Positions 46,483 through 56,578 of a DNA stretch of 64,000 nucleotides are shown one piece after another. The translations under genes and the position numbers were made by a program. The notes under the pieces were generated by a model. The model was given only the letters and a program-made list of their open reading frames with translations, searched no databases and was not told the origin of the DNA. Origin of the DNA: a virus (taxonomy: Duplodnaviria > Caudoviricetes); IMG/VR virus record IMGVR_UViG_3300020576_002312, positions 14,187 to 78,186 of that record, one strand, 5' to 3'. Every line of letters starts with the position of its first letter. The first letter of the stretch is position 1.

Positions 46483-48077
46483 ACACTAGTTAAATAACCC
46501 TGATACATACAAGGGTTAGGTATTACTGCTCCTGCGAAGATTAAAAATCCTAAACAAGCACCGTCTTTTATCTGTGGTAAAGATGGTAATTGATTAAGTA
46601 AATCTCTTTCTGAGGCGTAGAATGCAGCCGTTAACGGAATTGTAGCAAGTGGTTTACAAAGCACAACATTAACAAAGCCTGCACTAGCCGATGCTGCTGA
46701 GAATAACGCTGAGTCCACTTCTGCTACACCCGCATCCCCTTGTGCTAATGGAAGGAATGGGCCGAAGTTACCCGCAGCAACCCCTGAATGGCTAAGATGT
46801 GATTGAATTGCTGATGCTGTATTCGCTACTACTGCTCCGAGGTTTCTTGCACTAAGCCCCTGAGTACCACTATAGGTCATTGAAAAGTTCTGAGCGTTTG
46901 CACCGTTACTGGTATCAATAACATAATATGCCATAACACCCTTACCATCTCCGTAACGAGCGCAACCAATACCGACTGATACGTTGTCAATAGTTATTCT
47001 GATAGCATCTGATGGGGTTATTGAGAATGTCGCTGTTGATGATACGGCAGTGAACGTCTCAATATAAGATCCCGTCCCTGTTATCGTACGAGCCGAACCT
47101 GTTACACCGCCACAAGCAACCTGAAGAGTTCCTGTTGTAGTGAATGAAGTAATATCATATTCCACGGTATATGTTTTGCCAATAACAGTAGAATAGGTCA
47201 TTGTTTGTGTAAGGGTATTAGTCCCTGCTCCGTTTTTAAGGACGTTGTTAGTTCCATAAGCCCATCCCGCATTAACTGTCCATCCTGTAGTTCCACCTGT
47301 GAATGTGCCGTTATTAATATGCTCTTGATTATCGAGTACCTGAGATGTGTTTAAATCGGTTCTTATTTTCGGATAACAGCCAAGCATATCAACAATCATA
47401 AGCACTGATGGTGCTCCCGCAGCTACGTTAGTCCACGCACCACCATTGATAAGAGACTTAACGGCTGATGATACATTGCCTCCATTATATACATTGAGAT
47501 CCTGTCCTGCTGCATTATAAGGATAGATAGTTGTATCTGCCGAATAAGGGGTGAATGATCTTAATTTCCTTACGATAATAACGTCAATAGTTACGGCTGT
47601 GATGGTTGTAGCACAAGAGATAAGAAATACGTTTGTAGCCCCTGCCGTTACTGTCTCTGTGAATGTTCCGTTAGCTGCACGTGTTACGGCTGTACCACCA
47701 CCAATAGACATTGATAGGTTTCCTGACCCTGCGTAAGAACCCACAGTCCAAATTACTTCATAAGCAAAACCGCTCATACACTCTATATTCTGTTGAAGTG
47801 TCTCAACCGATCCTGAGTTCGCTTTGGTCATCAAGTGAGTTGCTGCCGTCCAAGAGAACCCCGCAGAGAATGTCCAGTTAGAAGCACCCGCAAGGAAATC
47901 ATAGTTTGAAACTAGATTACCATGAAGATAGGCAGGAGGAGTACCCCCAAAGTAAGTAAGGTCATACCATCTTCCGGCTACAACTGTACCCCCCGTATAA
48001 GTCTTCATAAAATCACTACGCCACTGTTGTCCTGCACTCAGCGAGCCTATTATGTCATCAAATGTCTGTATTGCCAT
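46473..48077 (-). CDS. structural protein with two inserted CBM-like domains
   Basis: Paralog of 48082-48948; inserts start LVSNYDF..GASNW and INNGTFTGGTTGW. Confidence 0.65.
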   Translation of the reverse strand: MAIQTFDDIIGSLSAGQQWRSDFMKTYTGGTVVAGRWYDLTYFGGTPPAYLHGNLVSNYDFLAGASNWTFSAGFSWTAATHLMTKANSGSVETLQQNIECMSGFAYEVIWTVGSYAGSGNLSMSIGGGTAVTRAANGTFTETVTAGATNVFLISCATTITAVTIDVIIVRKLRSFTPYSADTTIYPYNAAGQDLNVYNGGNVSSAVKSLINGGAWTNVAAGAPSVLMIVDMLGCYPKIRTDLNTSQVLDNQEHINNGTFTGGTTGWTVNAGWAYGTNNVLKNGAGTNTLTQTMTYSTVIGKTYTVEYDITSFTTTGTLQVACGGVTGSARTITGTGSYIETFTAVSSTATFSITPSDAIRITIDNVSVGIGCARYGDGKGVMAYYVIDTSNGANAQNFSMTYSGTQGLSARNLGAVVANTASAIQSHLSHSGVAAGNFGPFLPLAQGDAGVAEVDSALFSAASASAGFVNVVLCKPLATIPLTAAFYASERDLLNQLPSLPQIKDGACLGFLIFAGAVIPNPCMYQGYLTSVWK

Positions 48078-48081
48078 ATTC

Positions 48082-48948
48082 TTAATTGTAAACTGTTTCT
48101 ACTAAGCCTGTAAATATTTGTCCTGCTACGTTACCGTTGACCTGCCCGATAAAATTAACATAAGCCCCATCGTAAATAATAGGCATCTCTCCTTTCATCA
48201 AAAGGAAATCCCACTCTGCGGGAGTTGTTGTTTCCCTTATAAAGCCCTGAGATAATACCCGACAAAGAACAAGGGCAGCCAAGCCTCCATTGGGGTTCAT
48301 AAATTGGATTGATTCTACCGATCTTATACCCTCGTCATTTGGTGTATCTATAAATGTACCTGAAAGCCCTGCCGAAACACCTGAATGAACAATTGTTCCT
48401 ATATAAGTGTTGGTGTTAGTTGTAATTAATCTTGATGTTCTTCCACTTACTCCCTTATCATTTGTATAATTTATCGAAAACGTAGCCCCACCCACATAGG
48501 GATTTGTTGCTACCAAGAAAGCCATTACTCGTGAACCGTCTGTATAACGGGGCAAAGAAGGGACAAGAGGGTCGTCAATATGATTTGTGAATGGTTGAGG
48601 GTCGGTATTATCCATATCTATTAAAGGATAAAACATCAGATAATCAAGAATGAATAATTCCATAGGGACTATTCCTGAGTTGACAGCCATCATTGTTAGC
48701 TTCCTTAATATCTTTGTTGCGGGTGTCTGATCTCCACCTGTCCAAATACCATAGCGACTTGTGAAAAGAGTTGCCTCAAGTGCGTTTCCGGTGTAAAAAT
48801 TAGGGCGTGGATTACCAGGACTCATTGAGAAGTCTACGACAGAACCCCGAACGGAAGCAATAGCAGGGACTTTCCTAAAAGAGACAGTAGTACTTTGTCC
48901 GTTAGTATAACAATTCTCTACAAGGTCTTTTAGTTTTGTGTATGCCAT
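48082..48948 (-). CDS. structural protein
   Basis: RYTDG..VMAF, GI.SVESI and LVLC motifs shared with its neighbour. Confidence 0.6.
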   Translation of the reverse strand: MAYTKLKDLVENCYTNGQSTTVSFRKVPAIASVRGSVVDFSMSPGNPRPNFYTGNALEATLFTSRYGIWTGGDQTPATKILRKLTMMAVNSGIVPMELFILDYLMFYPLIDMDNTDPQPFTNHIDDPLVPSLPRYTDGSRVMAFLVATNPYVGGATFSINYTNDKGVSGRTSRLITTNTNTYIGTIVHSGVSAGLSGTFIDTPNDEGIRSVESIQFMNPNGGLAALVLCRVLSQGFIRETTTPAEWDFLLMKGEMPIIYDGAYVNFIGQVNGNVAGQIFTGLVETVYN

Positions 48949-48949
48949 T

Positions 48950-49204
48950 TTAAATGCTTCTTCCTGTTATCATTGATAGTAATTGTCTTACCGTCATGGT
49001 GATTTTAATCGTTGTCTCCTGTAAAGGATTAAGATTTCCCTTCCCCCGTAAAGTTACCTTCCTTTTAGCGTAAATAGGTACATTTCTATGTTCACATTTA
49101 TAATCATACTCAGGCTCATTACCTTCTCCTTTGGGGATTACACCAACACTCTTTCCGCAGACAGAGCATTCATATAAAGAAGGGAATTTCTCTGCTAATG
49201 TCAT
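48950..49204 (-). CDS. small zinc-finger-like protein
   Basis: CSVC...CEH. Confidence 0.55.
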   Translation of the reverse strand: MTLAEKFPSLYECSVCGKSVGVIPKGEGNEPEYDYKCEHRNVPIYAKRKVTLRGKGNLNPLQETTIKITMTVRQLLSMITGRSI

Positions 49205-49205
49205 A

Positions 49206-49634
49206 TTATGATTCTGTGATTGTTATCGAACCTATGGTAAATACCGGAGTAATCAAATTACTTACGATAATCGGGGCATTAAGATCACCATAATGCCACA
49301 CATCAACTGCACCAGACCCCACGCCTGTCTTTGCAGCTACAATAGTGTTTCCTGAAGCCCCACACTGATCGAAAGTAACCTGTGCAGTATTTGACACACT
49401 TCTTGTTCCGAGTGTCCAACCCGCTGCTGATCTTGCTACCGTCTTAGCTACATAATTAGTGTAATCAGCTTTGTTAGTTGACATTGTATCTCCTACCGCA
49501 CCTGTAACTTTTGCAAGGGCGAGTGTTACTGTTGTTAATGGAGATGATGATGCGTTGTCGGCTACATTAGCCCATGGGGTAGCAATATACATTAACCCTA
49601 AGATGTTATTGCAACAGACTGTGCTCTTTGGCAT
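49206..49634 (-). CDS. tail-associated structural protein
   Basis: ANVADNASSSPL...YTNY....VARSAAGWT...VSN...F; TATCTTTG 49661-49668. Confidence 0.7.
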   Translation of the reverse strand: MPKSTVCCNNILGLMYIATPWANVADNASSSPLTTVTLALAKVTGAVGDTMSTNKADYTNYVAKTVARSAAGWTLGTRSVSNTAQVTFDQCGASGNTIVAAKTGVGSGAVDVWHYGDLNAPIIVSNLITPVFTIGSITITES

Positions 49635-49691
49635 ATCTTTATGATTTTATTATTATTTTACAAAGATAAGCACAAAAAAGTTATGGGATTT

Positions 49692-50129
49692 TTACGAGTA
49701 TGTAACGCTTGTGAGGTCTGTTCCTGTATAATGTAAGGTCTTAGTTAGTTCTATACCTGATGGTGTTGCTCCTGAAAGGACTATGCTCGTCAGCACTCCG
49801 AGAGTGTAGTTTAATGTCTTGACGATGTTTCCACTGGGTGTGGTATATGTTATCGTGCTTAACCCGTCAACGCCATAGACGAGCGAGTAGGGGTAGTTTT
49901 TTAAGTTCTTTGATACTGTTTCAAATTCTTCGGCAAGGGATGATACGCTGTTGATGAGATCAACGAGTCCCCAATAACCGCTAGGCACAGACTGAGCCAC
50001 GGTTCCTATGGCATCCTTATCGGGGGTATCGGCTAGAATGTATGCTTTCTTATCGGAAGGCGATGACTTAACAATCTGACCCACGAGAGATATTCTGCCT
50101 GTTGCGTTTTTAAGACGTATCTGATTCAT
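49692..50129 (-). CDS. structural/hypothetical protein, probably leaderless
   Basis: FETVSKNL..Y..L.Y motif; TAACTTTG ends 4 nt before the ATG. Confidence 0.6.
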   Translation of the reverse strand: MNQIRLKNATGRISLVGQIVKSSPSDKKAYILADTPDKDAIGTVAQSVPSGYWGLVDLINSVSSLAEEFETVSKNLKNYPYSLVYGVDGLSTITYTTPSGNIVKTLNYTLGVLTSIVLSGATPSGIELTKTLHYTGTDLTSVTYS

Positions 50130-50269
50130 TCTGCAAAGTTACTAAAAAATAAAACCCTGCTTTCTCAGGGCAGGGCATTGGTCGTAATGCTTGAAAAACA
50201 TGGTGGTCGTTCATCTCATAGGCAGTGTCTCGTAATTAAATGGTTTATAAATAAAAATTAACTTGATTA

Positions 50270-50587
50270 TTATTTCTTCTTCTTCCACCACTTCCCTTTC
50301 GATGTATCTACCCTTAATCCGCCTTCGGAGAACTGAGGGATTGCTGTTACTGGAATATTTATTACATCATCAAGTTTTCCCTCGTATAATATCTTCCCGA
50401 ACTTATCTCCTACAACTAAATAATCAACAGTTATCCCGTTTTCATTGCATCTTGGAAATTGTATTCGGCTTGTGTTTTCAAGAAGGTAATTTGATGTTAA
50501 TGACAGACTCATTTTAGTAGGACGATATCCCCGATAAGATAATTCACGTCCCTTATAAAATAGCCTTAAATACGCCTTGATTTTCAT
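50270..50587 (-). CDS. protein resembling the C-terminal half of 49206-49634
   Basis: IQFPRC...VDYL...GKILYEGKL...IP.F..G.L. Confidence 0.5.
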   Translation of the reverse strand: MKIKAYLRLFYKGRELSYRGYRPTKMSLSLTSNYLLENTSRIQFPRCNENGITVDYLVVGDKFGKILYEGKLDDVINIPVTAIPQFSEGGLRVDTSKGKWWKKKK

Positions 50588-50666
50588 TTCTTTTATTATT
50601 AATAATATAAATACTCGTCCGGTAAAAGATAATCTAAACTATCTATGTTTTTACACTATAAACTGA

Positions 50667-50927
50667 CTAAGATTTTGATTCTCGTGCTACTTTTAATCTC
50701 TCTCCTGCTTCAGCACGTTGTTCTTCGGTCATTATTCTCTTTTCTCCCTCGAAGTTTATATAACCACGAAAGGGGTATAAGGGACAGGTGGTAACAATAC
50801 ATTCTTTGACATCAGTACGATTCCCTGCGGAACAGTCTGTGCAGTACGCCTTGATAGCCACTGACCTTATCTTTTTGAGAGTAGTGGGCTTATTGCAGAT
50901 TTTGGGTGTGTAGGTTGGTGTTGTCAT
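50667..50927 (-). CDS. Cys-rich conserved phage protein
   Basis: AIKAYCTDCS...C....CPLYPFR. Confidence 0.65.
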   Translation of the reverse strand: MTTPTYTPKICNKPTTLKKIRSVAIKAYCTDCSAGNRTDVKECIVTTCPLYPFRGYINFEGEKRIMTEEQRAEAGERLKVARESKS

Positions 50928-50929
50928 AA

Positions 50930-51655
50930 TTATATAGTTTTAGTTGTTGGTTGTGGTGGATGATTCTTTCTATGCGCTCTATTCCAAATCTCGTTGATAC
51001 GCTTATTGAACTCATTGGTGACGGTCTTATATCCTGTAACTTCGCCCACTGACTCGTAGTTCTCAAGATTGATGCTCTCGGTGAGTAGTTCGATATAATC
51101 CTTATAGTCAATAGTTCCTTCCCCGTTGATATGGCTTTTATAGACCGTGGAAAGCATAACCTTCATATCCTCTATCATCTGTTTTGTGTAGAGTAGATAT
51201 ACAGTACCATTACTCACTTTGGTTTGCAAGTCCTCGATAGCCTCGTTGACCTCTGCATGGGTGTCTTGGTAGTAGAAATATAGTTGATCGACATTATACC
51301 CTGCGTAGGTGTGAACATAGTACCTATTCTCTGCTTTGGCGTAAATGAGATACTGAAGGTCGGGGATAGGTATAAGATTATTCTTTTCAAGGGATGCCAA
51401 AGACTTAATCTCAAGTATTCCCCATTTCTTCTTCCCTAAAGCCAATGCCTGTGCATCACTAAGCGTAACCTTATCCCATGACTTTCTTAATTCCTGTGCG
51501 TAATCCTTTGCTTTCTGTAACAACTCAGGACTTGCCTTGCCTCGTAGTTGAAAAAACTGCAAGAGACTAAAGACATGTATCTCCCTAAACTCAGGACGTA
51601 CCGATTCAAGAGATTCGTAATACTTAAAGCCTTCGGGTGTTTCGAGTGGGGTCAT
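50930..51655 (-). CDS. hypothetical protein
   Basis: 241-aa ORF in the operon. Confidence 0.7.
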   Translation of the reverse strand: MTPLETPEGFKYYESLESVRPEFREIHVFSLLQFFQLRGKASPELLQKAKDYAQELRKSWDKVTLSDAQALALGKKKWGILEIKSLASLEKNNLIPIPDLQYLIYAKAENRYYVHTYAGYNVDQLYFYYQDTHAEVNEAIEDLQTKVSNGTVYLLYTKQMIEDMKVMLSTVYKSHINGEGTIDYKDYIELLTESINLENYESVGEVTGYKTVTNEFNKRINEIWNRAHRKNHPPQPTTKTI

Positions 51656-52674
51656 AGTCCTTTAGGGAGTAATTGTTGTTCTGCATATTCCTGATAAGAA
51701 AGCATCTTAAAGTCGTTACTATCTTTAAACTCTCCGTGGATTAAGATACTACCCTTTGGCTTATTTAGTCCTTTGGCTACGATAAGATTCCAGTACGCAT
51801 CCCATGTACTCAAAAGATCATCGGTGATAACGTGTTCTTTGAACGTCACACTTGGGTTTGTACGCCATGCGTTAGGTGACAGATTGAAAATACCATCAAC
51901 CTTAATCCCGAAGTTCTGCCATACTGCCTTTGCTCCTCCGATGAGTTGCATGATGTGTGTTTCGTAGTAACTCTTATCTTCCTTCTCAAAGAAATTGCTT
52001 TTGAGATCCCCTAAGAGAATACGTTCTTTCCTTACCTCGGTCTTAACAATAACCATCTTTGGCTGACCTTTGTTCTCGCCCCTCTGCCAAACACCGTCCT
52101 GTACCTCGGACTTGACAATCTCGGTGGTGGTCACTTTGGCGAGCAGGTCAATAGTCATGCAAAGCCATTCATCACGTTCCTCGTCATGGTAGGTAAGCTG
52201 TGCCTCAACGAGCAGGGGAGTGATCTCATAATCCTCATTGAACTTCATTAAAGCCAAAGTATCTTTTACAGGCATATCCGCAGACTGATTGTTCTCTGAT
52301 GCGAGTTTAGTCATCTTAGCAAGTAAGTCTTTATTGACTCCCTGTTTTAGTGTTATTCCCGCAAAGATAAGGTGTAATGCTGTGCCATACTCGGAACTAA
52401 CATCAAGAAGGTGTCTCCAATTTGGGTACTTCTCTTTCCATCTGTTGATTGCATCTCTCTCGGTGCTTACCATGCCGAAAGCAGAGGTTATGCCCGATGC
52501 TATGACTGCCTTGTCCCCGCAAAGAAACATATAGAAACGATTACCATTTCTATCGTCAAATCGTTGAACGACATATTTGGGTTTAAGGTCGTCTGCGGAA
52601 TACTCTGCCCATGTTGGTTGATTGAGTATCTTCGCAAGTTTCTTACTCTTGCGTGGGGTTGTTTTCTTTGTCAT
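51652..52674 (-). CDS. PD-(D/E)XK exonuclease
   Basis: GTALH, E..L, TIDL, LGDLKS, QL motifs. Confidence 0.7.
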   Translation of the reverse strand: MTKKTTPRKSKKLAKILNQPTWAEYSADDLKPKYVVQRFDDRNGNRFYMFLCGDKAVIASGITSAFGMVSTERDAINRWKEKYPNWRHLLDVSSEYGTALHLIFAGITLKQGVNKDLLAKMTKLASENNQSADMPVKDTLALMKFNEDYEITPLLVEAQLTYHDEERDEWLCMTIDLLAKVTTTEIVKSEVQDGVWQRGENKGQPKMVIVKTEVRKERILLGDLKSNFFEKEDKSYYETHIMQLIGGAKAVWQNFGIKVDGIFNLSPNAWRTNPSVTFKEHVITDDLLSTWDAYWNLIVAKGLNKPKGSILIHGEFKDSNDFKMLSYQEYAEQQLLPKGL

Positions 52675-53015
52675 TATTCTGTTGCTTTTTTAATTACTGA
52701 TTCTGCTTTCTCAACTGCATCATACCATTGCTTTGATGTGGGTTGCCCCGAAAGCAATCCTTCTTGTTCGCACCCGTGAAGGAAAACTAATTCACTGAGG
52801 GCTTCCAAGAGGAGTGGTGCAGACTGAATGAGTCTAGCGTTAGCCCTTGCTTCTTCAACGGTCACTTCTTCCATTAACGGTTCGTGTCCATTCTCATCCT
52901 TGTCGTTAGAACAGATGGCACATACAGTCTTTTCCCCTTCCCCTGCAAATACAAAGTGGGGCTTTGCGTGTAAACAGCATGACCACCATTCTCCTTTACT
53001 GAATTTTGTTTCCAT
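52674..53015 (-). CDS. hypothetical protein
   Basis: ANARLI..AP.LLEAL pattern common in phages. Confidence 0.65.
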   Translation of the reverse strand: METKFSKGEWWSCCLHAKPHFVFAGEGEKTVCAICSNDKDENGHEPLMEEVTVEEARANARLIQSAPLLLEALSELVFLHGCEQEGLLSGQPTSKQWYDAVEKAESVIKKATE

Positions 53016-53020
53016 GATTA

Positions 53021-53371
53021 TTAATTTATAATTAATTCTTCACCAATAAGGGCAAAGTATAGATTTTGAAGTTCGTGAACATAATGAATATAAACTGCAT
53101 GATGTGCAATATACCATTTATTTTCTTTGTAATTAATCCTAATGGTTTTTCTCCAATAATAAGGATAAAATGAATCTGTATCTGGGGGGTGGGGTACAAA
53201 CCCAAACTTCAAGAGCCATTCTTCAGTAATGGGGATGGGCTTTACGCTATCACCATATAGGTGTGAATTATGGTCGTTATACCAATCGTAGAAGTCAGAT
53301 AATTCAAATGGATAGACATATCCACTTTCGCCCTCTACGTAATTTCCGATTCTTAGTTCATTTGCTTTCAT
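53021..53371 (-). CDS. conserved Bacteroidota-phage hypothetical protein
   Basis: MKANELRIGNYV...PIPITEEWLLKFGF...VHELQNLYFAL; TACATTTG 53388-53395. Confidence 0.7.
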   Translation of the reverse strand: MKANELRIGNYVEGESGYVYPFELSDFYDWYNDHNSHLYGDSVKPIPITEEWLLKFGFVPHPPDTDSFYPYYWRKTIRINYKENKWYIAHHAVYIHYVHELQNLYFALIGEELIIN

Positions 53372-53410
53372 AGATATTTATTTTTGTCAAATGTAAACTA
53401 TCTAAATCAA

Positions 53411-54304
53411 TTATGCAAATAATTTATGAAGTTTTTTTGTAGAGATTGCGATAAGGAACTTATTAAAGTCTTTATAGTCCTTATAAATATATCGCTTGTC
53501 AATGATTGTTATGCCCTCTGACCTTAACCGTCTGTAAGATTTCTCAGCAGAGCGATCAGTTTGTCCGTAATAAATGACTACCTTTCCCTGTAGCATAGGT
53601 ATTATCGCACCGAGGAACGACAGGCTATTGAGTACAATGGTCGGATGAGGCGGGGAGTCAAGTTTGTAGTAAGTGAGGTAACTTAGATAGTCGGGATTGC
53701 CTTCAAACAAAAGTATTGCCCCGTCATTCCCACTTTTGATCGTGGTGATATTTTTTGGAGACGAGGAAACTTTAAGGAAATTATTGCGGAACTCGTAACC
53801 ACCACTATCATTTTTAAATGCGAGGGATAGATATTCTCTTGTAGGATTCTTACCATAAGGAAACCTAATCGTTGCCTGGGATAGCCACTTAACAGCAACC
53901 TCTCTACTTATCTTTCGTGAGTCAATATAATCCAATAACCGAGTATTACTAAGTAGTTCAACACCGAGTATCTCTATTGCATCTTTTTCTCGTACTTCGG
54001 GCTTGTAAGATTCAACATCAAGTGATTGTTCTCCTATAAGAAAGTCTATCGCATCGTGAAAAGATAATTGTTTATAAGCCATTACAAAATCTACTACGTC
54101 ACCCTTATTGTTGTTCCCCCTATCAGTCCATCGCCCTGTCTTCTTGTTGATGTCAAAACTACCGTTACCCTCGATACGTAGGGGAGAGAGACAGCGATAG
54201 TAAGAACCTGTATCATGTATTTCGTACCCGTCTTTTTTAAGTAGGTCAACGAGGCTCTTGTCCTTTGCCTTACGCAATCTTTCTTTTGATAGTTCGGAAA
54301 CCAT
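53411..54304 (-). CDS. primase-like protein (CHC2-like + Toprim)
   Basis: SPLR.E...SF...W.D.G...GDVVDFV; LFEGNPDYLS; YKDFN. Confidence 0.75.
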   Translation of the reverse strand: MVSELSKERLRKAKDKSLVDLLKKDGYEIHDTGSYYRCLSPLRIEGNGSFDINKKTGRWTDRGNNNKGDVVDFVMAYKQLSFHDAIDFLIGEQSLDVESYKPEVREKDAIEILGVELLSNTRLLDYIDSRKISREVAVKWLSQATIRFPYGKNPTREYLSLAFKNDSGGYEFRNNFLKVSSSPKNITTIKSGNDGAILLFEGNPDYLSYLTYYKLDSPPHPTIVLNSLSFLGAIIPMLQGKVVIYYGQTDRSAEKSYRRLRSEGITIIDKRYIYKDYKDFNKFLIAISTKKLHKLFA

Positions 54305-54307
54305 AAG

Positions 54308-55483
54308 TTAATCTTTCATAATTTGGTCAAGGTAAACATTAGTCAACTGGCGACCTTTGCTCATAACACACCATAAGTTATCCCCTCCTTTTTCAACAAT
54401 ATCCATTTCTTCTACCTTCCCAAATATTCCAAAATTATCGCATAAGTCAACAATCATAGCCTTCTCTTTTGTGGGATGTATTCGCAAAACACGCCCAATG
54501 GCTTGATAATATAGGCGTAATGATCTTGTTGGTCTAGCCATAACTACCACTTGTAATTCAGGGTAGTCAAAACCCACTAAGTAGATACCTACATTACACA
54601 TCACCTTAATACTCCCATCTTTAAACCCCCGTGACCGCCTATCTCTTTCCTTTCCTTCCATGTCAGCATGAACAAAACTAGCAACATCCCCAAGTGCGTT
54701 AGCTAGAGCCTCTGCCTCTCTTGTAAATTTAACAAATACGAGTATGCGAGTCTTGCCTATTTCTAATAATCTTCTGACTACCTTGATTAACTTTTGGTCA
54801 AATGACGACTTATCATAGTATTGTCTTTCGCTTGGTTCGTCATAGTCAGCTCCGGTTGAATTGAGCTTTATCTCTGATCTATTAAACCCGTTTATCTGAA
54901 AATATTCTGTTGGAGACAAGTAACCTTGATTAGCCAAATCCCGTGTCTGCGTAACATGGATTACACGGCTAAATATTCGGGGGTTAGTTCTTGTGATAAA
55001 TTTAAGCATAGTCCCCCCATAGCCGTCAACGCTCATGCGGTATGGGCTTGCCGTGACACCTAGAATTTTCTCTCCAACAACATCAATAAATGTTTTATAC
55101 ATTCCTCCTTTCGGTGATGCAACATCACATTCGTCTATAAGAACGTATTTAAACTGCTTAAAAAATTCAGGATGTTTATATACAGATCCGATAGTCGCAA
55201 GTGTTATATTCCCGATATTTTTCTGTTTCATAGATGCAGAATAAATACAAACACCCTGTATTTGATAATCCATCATCTTATTATAATTCTGCATTAGTAT
55301 CTCTCGACTCGGTTGAAAAACAATGAGTGGAGCATCAACGGTACGTGCCATCTCTGCTAAGATTAAGCTTTTCCCAGCCGAAGTAGGAAGAATCATTAAG
55401 ACAGGTTTTTTTTGATTCTTATCCCTGAAATAAGCTACACCTGCATTTACGGCTTGTTGTTGATATTCTCGAAGGATATACAT
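54308..55483 (-). CDS. superfamily 2 helicase (ResIII/RadD-like)
   Basis: LREYQ, PTSAGKS, IDECD, TASP, GFDYP, QAIGRVLR. Confidence 0.9.
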   Translation of the reverse strand: MYILREYQQQAVNAGVAYFRDKNQKKPVLMILPTSAGKSLILAEMARTVDAPLIVFQPSREILMQNYNKMMDYQIQGVCIYSASMKQKNIGNITLATIGSVYKHPEFFKQFKYVLIDECDVASPKGGMYKTFIDVVGEKILGVTASPYRMSVDGYGGTMLKFITRTNPRIFSRVIHVTQTRDLANQGYLSPTEYFQINGFNRSEIKLNSTGADYDEPSERQYYDKSSFDQKLIKVVRRLLEIGKTRILVFVKFTREAEALANALGDVASFVHADMEGKERDRRSRGFKDGSIKVMCNVGIYLVGFDYPELQVVVMARPTRSLRLYYQAIGRVLRIHPTKEKAMIVDLCDNFGIFGKVEEMDIVEKGGDNLWCVMSKGRQLTNVYLDQIMKD

Positions 55484-55956
55484 TAGTCCTTGAAATTTAG
55501 GTTTGCAAATTCCCCATGAAATATACGAGCTGCGTCATCATAAGCCCTTGCTGCTTCTTCTTCTATCTTGAATGCGCCAAGATAAATTCTTTCCCCAAAA
55601 ACACGAATTTTAGCGTGAAAACTACCACACTTCCTTACCTCAACGCCTAAATACTTTGACCTACCCCATCCTTTTATGTTGACTGCGTTTTCTCTCCTAT
55701 TACATATTCTTAGATTACTCCGTTGATTATTCAGTTTATTTAAATCCTTATGATCTACCTCAAGGTCAACTGGACAATCCATAATTTGTCGGTGCATTAA
55801 TACTAATTTACGCCCCTTATGTGGCCCATGAGGCTGTCTCGCTGCATAAAAACTATCCCTATGTTTAGTGGCTAACCACTTCCATTGGCTTAACCAGTCA
55901 AAGTCGCTATCATCAACTAATGCTACCTGTCCTTGTGTTAATGGAATCTCTTTCAT
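55483..55956 (-). CDS. HNH-AP2 homing endonuclease, copy 1
   Basis: VDHKDLNKLNNQRSNLR; YLG.F..EEEAARAYD.AA...GEFA.LNF. Confidence 0.9.
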   Translation of the reverse strand: MKEIPLTQGQVALVDDSDFDWLSQWKWLATKHRDSFYAARQPHGPHKGRKLVLMHRQIMDCPVDLEVDHKDLNKLNNQRSNLRICNRRENAVNIKGWGRSKYLGVEVRKCGSFHAKIRVFGERIYLGAFKIEEEAARAYDDAARIFHGEFANLNFKD

Positions 55957-56060
55957 TTTATTGTGTCGTATTAGATATGTGTCGAAAAATGTGAGGGAAA
56001 GAACTCGACACTCGTCCGTATCATCGGGTAGCTATATCCGACTATTCCCTCACAAATATA
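55957..56060 (-). promoter_or_regulatory. promoter plus pseudoknot leader, copy B
   Basis: GTGAGGGAA/TTCCCTCAC, TCGG/CCGA, GGAC/GTTC; loop GTGTCGA pairs with TCGACAC or CGACAC near the ATG. Confidence 0.7.
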
Positions 56061-56089
56061 TATAATTTAAAATTAATTTCCAAATCTTT

Positions 56090-56578
56090 TTATATATCTG
56101 ATTTCCTTCTTAGATATTCAGCCATTAAAATTCCATCTCCATCACCGTGCTTCCGTATAATGGATTCATGTTGAGGAAATAAATCTATAGCTATTTCCAT
56201 AGAGGCTTTCTTCATCCCGTCCTTCCCTATGACAGCAGATGATATAAATTCCTGTTGCCATTCCTTAGAATCAATGAAGGTATATGGCACTCCTATTATT
56301 TCAAGGGCAATCATGGTAGCTTCCATTGCTCTTAATGCTGATTCTGTTGCTAAAAAAGCATATTTATTTACCATAGGTCTTTCAATAACGGCTACTCCTT
56401 CTTTGGGGATATACATAAACAAAGCCTTCACATCTATTCGATGTACGTTACGCCCTTTCTTTACGTAGTCTCGTACTTTTATCACAGGAGTCTCTCTAAA
56501 CCATGTTTCCCCATTAGAACAAATAATCCCAAGTGAACCGGTCACACCATTATCGAAAGCTATCCAATAATCTTTCAT
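56090..56578 (-). CDS. RuvC-like Holliday junction resolvase
   Basis: IAFDNG, VIERP, DGDGILMAEY. Confidence 0.75.
   Translation of the reverse strand: MKDYWIAFDNGVTGSLGIICSNGETWFRETPVIKVRDYVKKGRNVHRIDVKALFMYIPKEGVAVIERPMVNKYAFLATESALRAMEATMIALEIIGVPYTFIDSKEWQQEFISSAVIGKDGMKKASMEIAIDLFPQHESIIRKHGDGDGILMAEYLRRKSDI

Noticed and set aside
45540-50260. Invertible structural cassette
   Set aside because: No flanking inverted repeats and no recombinase found in the window.
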